Shown here piece after piece: positions 1 to 10,405 of a stretch of DNA of 64,000 nucleotides; the first letter of the stretch is position 1; each line of letters starts with the position of its first letter. The DNA is from Podarcis bocagei. Taxonomy: Eukaryota. The stretch lies in assembly GCA_964188305.1 (NCBI GenBank), contig OZ076895.1; one strand, written 5' to 3'. Below the pieces are notes generated by a model. The model saw only the letters and a program-made list of their open reading frames with translations. It was not told the DNA's origin and made no database searches. The position numbers and the translations under genes are program-made.

Positions 1-521
1 TTAATTACTTGAGGGATATCTTGAGTGATTTCTTGAGTGATATTCTGAGTACCACTTAGGAGGGTCATTAGGTGTGGATTAGTTGCTAAAGCTTTCGTGT
101 CTTGACCTCTTGAGTTTGTGAAGAGGTTTTTCTGAGAAGATGGCTGTACTGCACTTAGTTGTGCTCTGGCTTGGCTTCGTGTATAGGGGCGAGCTGTGGT
201 TTTGTGCCCTGTGCCAGCCAGATCTGTGTAGGGATTGCAGGGGGGTGCAGCATCCGGAGGTGCCACTATGGTTTGGCTACTGGATGGTGTCTGTAATTTA
301 TCTGTGGAGAGGGTCTGGGTTTGGGTCTGGTGTGGTTGATTGGAGATGGCGTTCTGTGTGCCTCTGGTTCTGGTGTCGGTTTTTGTGGGGAGGGCTATTT
401 TCCAGATGTCTGGCAGGCGGGACGTATCGTCACGCTTGTTCATGTTGTGAGGGTGTTTCTCTATCTCGATGGCTTCCATGATTATTCTCTTGTGGTGATG
501 TTCCATGTTGAAGAGCAATTT
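1..521 (-). mobile_element. Penelope-like element (Poseidon-type), 5'-truncated 3' part, minus-strand copy; continues off the window start
   Basis: Reverse complement of 522-1020. Read on the minus strand from 521 it encodes KLLFNMEHHHKRIIMEAIEIEKHPHNMNKRDD, matching the C-terminal R..EAIEI...N.NR motif of PLE GIY-YIG endonucleases. Confidence 0.85.
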
Positions 522-1020
522 ATCACCACAAGAGAATAATCATGGAAGCCATCGAGATAGAGAAACACCCTCACAACATGAACAAGCGTGACGATACGTC
601 CCGCCTGCCAGACATCTGGAAAATAGCCCTCCCCACAAAAACCGACACCAGAACCAGAGGCACACAGAACGCCATCTCCAATCAACCACACCAGACCCAA
701 ACCCAGACCCTCTCCACAGATAAATTACAGACACCATCCAGTAGCCAAACCATAGTGGCACCTCCGGATGCTGCACCCCCCTGCAATCCCTACACAGATC
801 TGGCTGGCACAGGGCACAAAACCACAGCTCGCCCCTATACACGAAGCCAAGCCAGAGCACAACTAAGTGCAGTACAGCCATCTTCTCAGAAAAACCTCTT
901 CACAAACTCAAGAGGTCAAGACACGAAAGCTTTAGCAACTAATCCACACCTAATGACCCTCCTAAGTGGTACTCAGAATATCACTCAAGAAATCACTCAA
1001 GATATCCCTCAAGTAATTAA
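1..1020. repeat. Long inverted repeat (palindrome): arms 1-499 and 522-1020, 22-nt spacer
   Basis: Position i pairs with 1021-i (ttaattactt at 1-10, aagtaattaa at 1011-1020). The ORF track shows identical mirror ORFs 140-481(+) and 540-881(-). Confidence 0.97.
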
Positions 1021-1262
1021 TGAACAAAAGAAGAAAAGGCACACTAACCTGGGAACTTCCTCTCTGCCCAGAACGTTGGAGGCTATACACCACACCCCCT
1101 CAACAGTATTTATAGGAACTCAAACACTGAGATCCTGCTCTGTTCCAGTAACAAGAAGCCGAAAGCACCAGCCTGAAGATGACGAGTGAGACCTCGTCGA
1201 AACGTCGCCTAGACACCCCAACTCTTACACGGGAAGACACCCGAAGACACCAAAACCTGCAT
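522..1262 (+). mobile_element. Penelope-like element, 5'-truncated plus-strand copy (GIY-YIG C-terminus plus pseudo-LTR with ribozyme motif)
   Basis: Frame of ORF 542-1189 reads (HHKRII)MEAIEIEKHPHNMNKRDDTSRLPDIWK, followed by a CTGAAGA...GAAACGTC motif typical of PLE pseudo-LTRs. Confidence 0.87.
1173..1206 (+). ncRNA. Minimal hammerhead-ribozyme-like motif, copy 1
   Basis: CTGAAGA (1173-1179), T, stem GACGAG / loop TGAGAC / CTCGTC, GAAAC, GTC (NUH triplet 1204-1206). Helix III is essentially absent and helix I is weak. Confidence 0.75.
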
Positions 1263-1270
1263 ATATATAT

Positions 1271-1396
1271 ATGCAGGTTTTGGTGTCTTCGGGTGTCTTC
1301 CCGTGTAAGAGTTGGGGTGTCTAGGCAACGTTTCGACGAGGTCTCACTCGTCATCTTCAGGCTGGTGCTTTCGGCTTCTTGTTACTGGAACAGAGC
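1271..1396 (-). mobile_element. Inverted Penelope pseudo-LTR copy 2
   Basis: Reverse complement of 1137-1262, with one mismatch seen (1206 C vs 1327 A). Confidence 0.9.
1327..1360 (-). ncRNA. Minimal hammerhead-ribozyme-like motif, copy 2 (GTT triplet variant)
   Basis: Minus strand reads CTGAAGATGACGAGTGAGACCTCGTCGAAACGTT. Confidence 0.72.
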
Positions 1397-1539
1397 CAGT
1401 AACAAGAAGCCGAAAGCACCAGCCTGAAGATGACGAGTGAGACCTCGTCGAAACGTCGCCTAGACACCCCAACTCTTACACGGGAAGACACCCGAAGACA
1501 CCAAAACCTGCATTCCTGTACCCGTGAAAATCTACGAAA

Positions 1540-1541
<2 letters not shown>
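1396..1541 (+). mobile_element. Penelope pseudo-LTR copy 3 with the longer 3' end
   Basis: Repeats 1145-1262, then continues tcctgtacccgtgaaaatctacgaaagc before the (TA)n tract. CACGGG...CCCGTG could pair. Confidence 0.88.
1424..1457 (+). ncRNA. Minimal hammerhead-ribozyme-like motif, copy 3
   Basis: Identical to 1173-1206, 251 nt downstream. Confidence 0.75.
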
Positions 1542-1598
<57 letters not shown>

Positions 1599-1605
1599 TA
1601 TATAT
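1542..1605. repeat. (TA)n microsatellite
   Basis: Direct reading; abuts the PLE 3' end. Confidence 0.98.
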
Positions 1606-3679
1606 GACTTCCCAATAGACCTGGAGACTCCAATAGAGAGCATTCCATGTCAAGAAGGAGGACAAGTGGTCACCCTATCAAATGACAAGGCAGGAGCTAC
1701 ATGGAGCAGGGCCTTTTCACTGGTGGTGCCCATTGTATGCATCACTCTTCCCAGACCTGTTCTCTTTTGGCCTGTATTTTTAAGCTTTATAATTTAAGAA
1801 GACTTTGGAATAACTGGTTGACAAGTCTTATCAGTTGCTGATATATGAGCAGATTTTATTTGCTGCTATTCTGGGCTTCTGGTGCACCAGGATTTACACC
1901 AGCGTAATAGAACTGGCCAGGATGCCAGAAGGGATACAATTTACAAGCTTTCTCCATTATCTGCACAGCAGGGGGTGTTCAGTCAGCAGTGCAAAGGCTG
2001 AGCTGAAGCGCTCCCTGCTGGTTCCCTGCTTTTAGCAATAGGGGTCACTGTTTGGTTGTACCCAGTTGGTTAGCTGTCAGATTCTAGAGCTCTCTGTTAG
2101 TGACTCTTAGGTAATTCACAAAATACAGAGTCCATTCATAAAACACAGTGTTAATTCAAAAAGCAGTAACATAAATCTCCATTGCTACATATTGGGTGTC
2201 TATTTCAGCAGTTGAACATACAGGTTTATGGCTGTGCTGTAGTGTAGTGCTTATGCGACTGTGAATAAAAGGTGGCTGGGCTCATTGTCTCGTGGTTTTT
2301 TGGGGTGGGAGGTGACAAAACTGATTTCCAATAAGTGCCCCCCTTTATTTCCATAACAAGTCCTTGAGTCTGTACTCTGAATAGTGTCACCAGGGACAAA
2401 GAATGTGCAAGGCTTGTCAGTCCAAGCCCTGCACAGTCTCATCAGGGCTGACCTTGAGGCAATTGGAACAATTGAGCCAAATTGGGCCCCGCGTGCTGCT
2501 CCTAAGGGGACCCCCACACCAGGGCAATCTAGATGGATTTTATTTATATCTATAAGATTTTGCAGATTTTGGCTGTGAACTGCCCCTCCCCCCAAAAAAA
2601 TTCAAGTTGTGCCCCACTGCTTTAAATTGGGCCCCACTGGCTAGCCCTGAGTCTCATAGTTGCTCGGCCTGAGTTGCCCTGCCCTTGCATGAAGTCTTGA
2701 GTTTGCAATTTTGGGAGAGGGGAGACTGCCCGCTGGGGAGTGAGTGGGCTGGCGAGGCCCCTTAGATTTAGAGGCCCTAGGTTTCAGCCTACTTAGCTTA
2801 TATATAAATCTGGCACTGATTTGATCAAAGTTTTCAGTACCATTTTGCAGCCAAAATATGGTTTGCACAAACCACCATTTGCCTAGCTCAGTGTAACAGA
2901 AAACTATGGTTTGTTAAGGAAGAGGGATTTGGGACAATGTGTGGGGAGGAAGAAAGAGGGAAGCATACAAATTGAGGTTTGCTCACGTAACAAAAGCAAA
3001 TCATGTTTTGGCATTGCATCTCAGCCGTGAGCTACACATGCAGAAGTACCTTAAATACTTTTACTAACATTTGGTTTCATTAATGAGAATGATTTATTTG
3101 AAGGATAAAATCAGGCTCTTAGAAGTTGGTGAACAAATGAGATCATAATCCGTGATATTGTAGTCCCTAGTTCAGAAAGCATTACTCGTTGCTCCAGGGA
3201 TATACATGAGAAGTGACTTCCTTGAAGTGCTTGGCAGAACTGCTTGAGATTTTGCCCACCTTCTGTCAAGTACTGAAGTGTATGCCCATGTCCACCACTG
3301 GAGAGACACACTTGATTTCTCATTACTGCCTGCACAAAGACAGAATTTGCCCATGGGCTAAGTAGCATATCCTAATGTCTACCTGAGACTTAATGGATTA
3401 ATGAAATGTTGCTTTCGAAAAGGAAAAGGAAATGTAAGTCATTTGGAACTGAAATCTCATTCATGAATATTACCTGACATATCATAAAGGATTATGAAAT
3501 TGCTGCCTCTGTAGGAAGACTTAAGTGAAATTTGTGATTAAAAGGACAAATAAATAGTAACTCCTTAAGAAACAGAGACCTTTAATCTTCAAATGGGAAG
3601 TCTTAGACTCTTGCCAAAGCCCATCTGGAAAGAATAAAGTGACAGTATTTAATTACTAGAAAAAGCCATCTCGGGCCTA

Positions 3680-4150
3680 CTCTGCTGAAAACAGCAAGAT
3701 GAGATTAAATGATTTTATTCACCAGACATAGAAAGCAAGAGGTTTTTTATGGCTGCTTTGCAAAAAATGACATTCAGAAGACAATTTGTGTAGTTGTTTT
3801 CAACACAACTTTCAGGATTTCTCATGGATACAGACAACCAGGGTTTTTCTGAAAATATTTTCCAATGAAGGGAGTGATGGCACTGAGGAAAAGAGAGTGG
3901 GGAGGCTTCTGATTTATGCTCAACAAAGAATTTAACAATGTTTTATTATGCCCTCCCCCCTCAACCAAGGTTGAATGGACTTTATCTAAAATTATATTTG
4001 GACTGGACCAGGAGTGTAACGGAGCAAAGAAGAAAATGGTTGCAAATTAAATCTGGCAAGAAGCTGCATTCGTGAAAGAGGATCTGTTTTTAGCTATGTG
4101 CCAAGGAAGAACCCCAAAGTGGAATTTTAATGGCAGAGAGTGGACATGTT
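3680..4150 (+). mobile_element. Highly decayed L1-type ORF1 remnant (tentative)
   Basis: Frameshifted segments LYLDWTRSVTEQRRKWLQIK / RERGSVFSY / FNGREW resemble the L1 ORF1p C-terminal domain; many stops. Confidence 0.35.
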
Positions 4151-4679
4151 ATCTGAGAGTTATTCATAGCAGCAGCCTGCATGTAAGTTGGTGAAAGATA
4201 GCAATTAACCCTCCCAGCACACTAGGTCTGAGAACAACATTTATGAAGGACTACACAAGTGACATGGAATTTGTATTTATGAGAAACAACAAAGGTGCTG
4301 TATGTAAGGAAACAATAAAGGTCATCTGCGAGAATGGACTGACATCAAAAGATAAATTAAAGAGGAGATGAAAGAAGGATGAAGTGGCTACATGAGGAAG
4401 TAATGGACATATGTTTGCAACAGGAGTGGGAAACCTGATTTTTAAGAAATTGTGTTAAATTAAAGTAATCGCGACCTATGAAGTGATGGTTACTGTATGC
4501 ATTAGGATATGTGCTGTGAAATGGAAGTACCTAACATGGAAATGGTGCTGTAACATTAAAATTCTCACAGCCATCTGACAGCAACAAAAGATCAATAATG
4601 CTGCAAAGGGTAAACTACCAGCAGAGGGAGCTCCAACAATGGCTATTGACTGGTGCTCAATAGCACCAGTCCATGGGTT

Positions 4680-5238
4680 TCCATGGGTCCTGGCATGGCC
4701 CTAGCCCCTCCCTGGGCTTCAGCTGAGATCCAGACCCCCCGGATTCCTTTAATGGAATACCCTATCAAATGGAGGGGCAGGTGATGGCCGTACCTCCCCG
4801 CCCCACATTCCCCTAAACCAATGCCTAACTGCTAAACCTTACAAAGTTGTGATGATTGCTAAGAGGTAGGCAAAAACCAAGTGGCCACTGCCAATCTGCC
4901 ACATTGGAAAAAATTCCTACCCGGCCCCGTTCCAAAACAGGTTGGGTGTGTGTGTGTTTGGCAGCGCGAAGCAAGAGGGGTTCCCCACGTTGCGCTGCCG
5001 TTTAAATAATAAAGCCCCGATCATCCTGCCATGACAGTTGGCTAAGAGCCAGTGGCATGATTGTGGCACCACTGTCCCAGAGCGGGGCAAAGCCCCATCT
5101 CCAGGCCAGTTGGGGGAAGTCCCGGGGTTGCGCGCAACATGGACCCTCGGTTATGAGGATCCAACTTGTCACATTCAAAGGCTCCATGGTGTGCCATTTA
5201 CTCCGCAATGTCATAACTTTCAAAGTTAGGACCACACA
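4680..5238 (-). mobile_element. Partial solo-LTR-like repeat (same family as 20642-21410)
   Basis: Shares long blocks with 20880-21320 (cctggcatggccctagcccc, ggattccttta, aaaccttacaaagttgtga, gctaagaggtaggcaaaaacc). Ends CCACACA, complementary to the TGTGTGG start of the other copy. Confidence 0.6.
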
Positions 5239-5562
5239 AACATCTAGGTAGTCTCCCCACCTTTCATTCTAGCTTCGAATCTGTTGGTAAAAGCCAGCTC
5301 AGATGATGTTTCTAAACACTGAGCACAATTTTCAGGTCCTTCACTGTAACACCAAGTGGGGAGTGTATAATGTTTCTTAGCAGCTACAGTGAATATCATC
5401 ATCATCTCAAGGCCTCATTCTCCAGACCAAAGTGGATGTTGCACACATTTGTTTGGTAACATTCAACTTTTTCTTCTTTTAAATGAAAACAGTTTTGCGG
5501 AGAAGATGCTGTTAACAACAAAGAGCAGGTATACATGAATCTCCTTAACCTCTTTTCTACTT

Positions 5563-5815
5563 AGAGAGCCAGTGTGGTGTAGTGGTTAAGAGCGGTAGTC
5601 TCGTAATCTGGGGAACCGGGTTCGCGTCTCCGCTCCCCCACATGCAGCTGCTGGGTGACCTTGGGCCAGTCACACTTCTGTGAAGTCTCTCAGCCCCACT
5701 CACTTCACAGAGTGTTTGTTGTGGGGGAGGAAGGGAAAGGAGAATGTTAGCCGCTTTGAGACTCCTTAAAGGGAGTGAAAGGCGGGATATCAAATCCAAA
5801 CTCTTCTTCTTCTTA
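5563..5815 (+). mobile_element. tRNA-derived SINE (Squam3-like), full length
   Basis: A-box-like TGGTGTAGTGG, B-box-like GGTTCGCGTCT, body gctgggtgaccttgggccagtcac, (CTT)n tail; CpGs retained. Confidence 0.8.
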
Positions 5816-6064
5816 GCCATTTTACTGCGGAAAACTGCATCCCCCCTCTAGATGCCTTTTCTTCCACAGGAATATATTGCTTGCATCTGTATGTGATGGA
5901 CACAGCAAGGGGACAATAAAACAAAGAATTGAGGGCCACCTTAGAGCTGAAAGAAGTAAGGTTCTGGGAATGAAGTAACTGAAGACCAATGCCCTCTTGC
6001 CATGGGAACTCTCTCTTTCAACCCATGCCCTGGATGTTCTGTGGGAAGCATGAGAGGGGCAGAG

Positions 6065-6380
6065 TTCTGGTGACCTTTAAAGCCCTAAATAGCCTCAGAC
6101 CTGTATACCTGAAGGAGCATCTCCACCTCCATCGTTCAGCCCGGACACTGAAGTCCAGCTCTGAGGGCCTTCTGGTGGTTCCCTCCCTGTGAGATGTGAA
6201 ACTACAGGGAACCAAGCAGAACGCCTTCTCAGTAGTGGCACCCGCCCTGTGGAATGCCCTCCCATCAGATGTCAAACAGATAGACAACTATTTGACTTTA
6301 AGAACACATCAGGGAAGATTTTATTAGTTGGTGCTGTATTGTGTTTTTAATATTTTGTTGGGAGCTGCCCAGAGTGGCAC
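6065..6380 (+). mobile_element. L2-clade LINE 3' fragment
   Basis: LVTFKALNSL.PVYLKE...RTLKSS and RAFSVVAPALWNALP motifs; same family as 10405-11310. Confidence 0.85.
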
Positions 6381-7606
6381 TAAATCAAAACAGATAGCAA
6401 TCTGCAGAAAACCCAATTGCCATTTGTTCCAATTCAGCGCTAAACTGTGGGTTTTCCCCAGGGGAAGCAGTGGGGCAAGTGGAGGAATGCATAACCCCTT
6501 AGCATAAGATATATTCTTGTGTTCCTAATTGTCTACAGTAAACTGAAAGGGCATCACATTTGTGGGCGATGCATATTCCCTTGACTACAGCATTTTCTAT
6601 TGAAATAATAAATGTTTGAGATAAAGGTTTATATATTAACTTGGTTATGTTTTAAATGCCATAACATGCCATAAAAAGATATGTTATTTCTGTGAATAAC
6701 AATTCTCATATAGAACGGTTATTAGAAACATTCAAAGAACCCAAATTTTATGTTAGCAAGCTGAGGGGCTCCTTTTTATCACAAATTGTTCCTTACATAT
6801 AATTTGATTTCCATCTGAGAAAATGAAATTCTTAACAAGGAAGTATTGCAGTCATTTATCTAGCGTAATTAAAAACTGATTTCCCATAAAAGCTACTGTG
6901 TGGTTTAAGATTACTTACATAATTTGAAATGAACACACATATTTTTAACTTTTGCATTAAGGTACAATTAACTTTGCCTGGAGAAAATGCTCAGAACTGA
7001 TAATTCTGAACAAATCTAGCACTAGCCACATTAACCAATTTATAGGTTGGTTCCTTTTTTAAAAAAACAACAATTCTTTCATTAGAATGATCACACACTA
7101 TAATGACCATGAATAGGAAGTGTATGCTTATGGTATACATCTAATAGGCTGCAGAATTATATTCTTTACTTTAAAATGGACTCAAGTGTGCCTCTGTTTT
7201 CCTTCATCTAATATACCATTCCCACTAATTTAGACTTATACATTCCTTTGTGTAACAGTAAGGAAGCAGTAAAAGTCTCAGATGGGCAGCAATAAAAAAA
7301 AAGCTTTAAACAATTTTTTTAAATCTAGCATGTGACTTCCTAAGCAACTTTCCTAATACCTTGTATTAGGAGCTGCCACATGTTTTGAGCAGCAACAACA
7401 GTAAGGGGTTGGGGTTGGCCATTGGTAAACAGCCATATATGATTGCTGAAACGTATTTGATTCAATGGCTTAGCAGCTGCCAGGGACAAAAATAGGGAAG
7501 CGCAAAGCATCTGCTTTGAATGCAAAAGGTCTTGGGTTCCATCCTCAGCATTGCCAAGTAGGGCTGGACATGTCCCCTGTCTGAACCTCTGGAGAGTCAC
7601 TGAGTA

Positions 7607-7959
7607 AAGTAAGGTAGAGGTCAAGGACCCCTGGACGGTTAAGTCCAGTCAAAGGCTACTGTGGAGTTGCGGTGCTCATCTCGCTTTCAGGCCGAGGGAG
7701 CCACCGTTTGGCCACAGACAGCTTTCCGGGTCATGTGGCCAGCATGACTAAACGGGACACCGTGACAGAAACCAGAGCGCACAGAAACACTATTTACCTT
7801 CCTGCTACAATGGTACCTATTTATCTACTTGCACTGGCATGCTTTCGAAATGCTAGGTTGGCAGGAGCTAGGACAGAGCAACAGGAGCTCACCCCATTGT
7901 GGGGATTTGAACTGTCGACCTTCCGATAGGCTTTAGACCACAGCGTCACCCGCGTTCTC
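7607..7959 (-). mobile_element. Sauria SINE
   Basis: Contains gacccctggacggttaagtccagtcaaagg, gggtcatgtggccagcatgacta and ggtacctatttatctacttgcac; homologous to 8955-9281 in opposite orientation. Confidence 0.9.
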
Positions 7960-8954
7960 ACTGGGTAAAGTAGACTAAGAATAGACTCAGTGGAATAGAA
8001 GACAGCTTCCGGCATTCCTATTTAGGGGTAGGCAAACCAGGCCAATAGATATTCATCAGACTTCAGTGAAGTGGCAGACTTTGGGGTCTCAAATTTCAGC
8101 AGCACCCTGTGTGATGCCAAAATTCAGGACCCCCCGACTCTTGCGCTCTATTCTAGGTAATAGTTGTGACACCCCTGGGGTCACCCCTGAGATTCAGCAC
8201 CAAGTGCAACTGAACTGGTTGCACTCACCTAAATCTGTCACTGTGCAGGGACTCCTTCAACTTCTGCTGATTTTTTTATTTTTATTTAAGTGGCTATGTT
8301 AAAGCATGAATATGCTTGTTTTGGGGGGTGAGGGTTTATTTCAATAACCTTTTATTTAACATTGGAAGTGTTATGGATATTGTATCTTGAGGTTTTATGG
8401 CACGGTTTTTGAGATTGCACATCTACTTTTATGCATGCTGGAAACTGGCTTGGGCCTATGGGAATGTCGGTATAAAAATCCAAATGAATAAGAAGAAATA
8501 AAACAAAATGCTGGCTTTGAACCTGCAAGCCATCTGGGAGTCCTAAGATTTGGGGGGGGGGAATTATTGACCAGATAAAGCCCCTGATTTCCCATGAATA
8601 ATATTTAAAACCAAAGTTCCTATACAACTAAAATGGGTGAAAATAAAAAAGTGTGTGTTGGGGGGGGGGAGACTTGGGCACCATTAGTCTCAAGCTGCAT
8701 TTTGAATTAATTTTGTATTTTCTGCAGGAACTTTATGTAATGGGAACATTTCGCCATTTTATGGATCAACAATTCAGATTCCTTGCATGCAGAAAGAAAT
8801 AGTGAAGAAAAATATAAGCACCAAGCTAATTTTACTTTAAAGTGTCAGCTTCTATTTTAAAAGTGTACATGAAATAAACAGAAATTGTACTGATCACATT
8901 ATAAGCCACCAGCACTATAAAGAGATGCATTTCTAAGTATGCCCAGTGCTTCAG

Positions 8955-9281
8955 TAAAGTTGGCGGTTCAAATCCCCACGACGGGGTGAGCTCCCATTGC
9001 TCTGTCCCAGCTCTTGCCAACTTAGCAGTTTGAAAGCACACCAGTGCAAGTAGATAAATAGGTACCGCTGCGGCGGGAAGGTAAACAGCGTTTCTGTGCG
9101 CTCTGGTTTCCGTCACAGTGTCCCATTGTGCCAGAAGCGGTTTAGTCATGCTGGCCACATGACCTGGAAAGCTGTCTGTAGACAAACACCGGCTCCCTTG
9201 GCCTGAAAACGAGGTGAGCGCCGCAACCCCATAGTCGCCTTTGACTGGACTTAACCGTCCAGGGGTCCTTTACCTTTACCT
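8955..9281 (+). mobile_element. Sauria SINE (5'-truncated)
   Basis: ggttcaaatccccacgacggggtgagctccc ... ggggtcctttacctttacct tail. Confidence 0.9.
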
Positions 9282-9714
9282 ATTAGCCATTGTTTTAACT
9301 ATAAAATGAAAATGATTTTTAAAAATAATAATAAAGGAATGCATTGCCTGCTGCTGTTGCCATGTTCCAGCGAACAGCTGCAGTATGTTCCTTGGATGCC
9401 AGATCTGCCAGCTCCCCAGCAGCCCTGACAGTGCCACCACTGGTCTACTTCTACCCTGGTTCCCGATGTAGTTATTTATTCTGCCCTCCGTCCCACCCCC
9501 CGTTCCTGATGTATCTTCACTCAGCACTTCCAGACCCTTCAAGTGTTCCAGGAGCAGTCCTTGATTTACAGAAGCCACCCTGCTTTCTGCTTTGATCCTG
9601 GAATGTCCAGTTGTTTCCTTAGGATGTCCCTATTTTCATCGGAGAAATCTTGGAGGGTATGGAATGATGAGACGCCCGAGCCAAGGAGATAAGTAACTAT
9701 ACAACCTTTAGGAA

Positions 9715-9838
9715 ATATCTGCAGCCCTGTATAGGAGAGTTTTTCAACGTTTAATGTTTTGTTATTTTTTTTATATGTTGGAAGCTGCCCAAAGTGGCTG
9801 GGGCAATGCAGTCAGATGGGCAGAGTATAAATAATAAA
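9715..9838 (+). mobile_element. L2 3' tail fragment
   Basis: gttggaagctgcccaaagtggctggggcaa...cagatggg...ataaataataaa. Confidence 0.7.
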
Positions 9839-9926
9839 GTTGTTGTTGCTGTTGAATACGATGTCCATATTTTCATTGGAGAAACGTTGGGGTGTGTGTG
9901 CTTCTTTCCTGGTGGGAGGGGAGGGG

Positions 9927-10016
9927 CATAGCTGTCAACGTTTCCCCTTTTTTAAGGGAAATTCCCGTATTCCGAATAGGATTACTCGCAAGAAAATGGA
10001 AAAGTTGACAGCAATG
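9927..10016. mobile_element. 90-bp hAT-type MITE
   Basis: TIRs CATAGCTGTCAAC / GTTGACAGCAATG, flanked by a perfect 8-bp TSD GGGAGGGG (9919-9926, 10017-10024). Confidence 0.88.
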
Positions 10017-10341
10017 GGGAGGGGACACAATTTTGCAGTTTGCATCAGGTACCAAAATGTATTGGGCTAGCCCTGTTTTAGGAATCATACTATAATTTCT
10101 GTAGCCCTGGGCTGCAGCAAAAGTCCTGTTTTGGCCACCAGGAGGGAACTGTGCCAGCAGAAAGAAAACTCCACAAATGGAACTCCTCAGTTTGCAGATG
10201 CTTCAAGTAGCAGGAAGACTCACCTATTCAAGATAGGCCTGCAAGAACAAATCTATTTTACCCAGCCAGCAATAACAGCAAAGGGCTGAGAATTCTGTAG
10301 CTTCTCCCCTGTCCTTTTCCAGATAATGTTTCAAGGTTGTA

Positions 10342-10345
<4 letters not shown>

Positions 10346-10405
<60 letters not shown>

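Noticed and set aside
140-881. Mirror ORFs 140-481(+) and 540-881(-) as duplicated genes
   Set aside because: Antisense by-products of the PLE palindrome.
1137-1541. CRISPR-like repeat array
   Set aside because: Repeats are ~120 nt, alternate in orientation and lack unique spacers; the context is eukaryotic, and PLE pseudo-LTRs explain them.
3960-4670. Endogenous viral element
   Set aside because: Coding-like composition but no viral motif; the best resemblance is a decayed L1 ORF1.
8710-8860. Possible exon after a strong acceptor (ttttgtattttctgcag)
   Set aside because: No recognisable peptide in any frame and no clear donor site.
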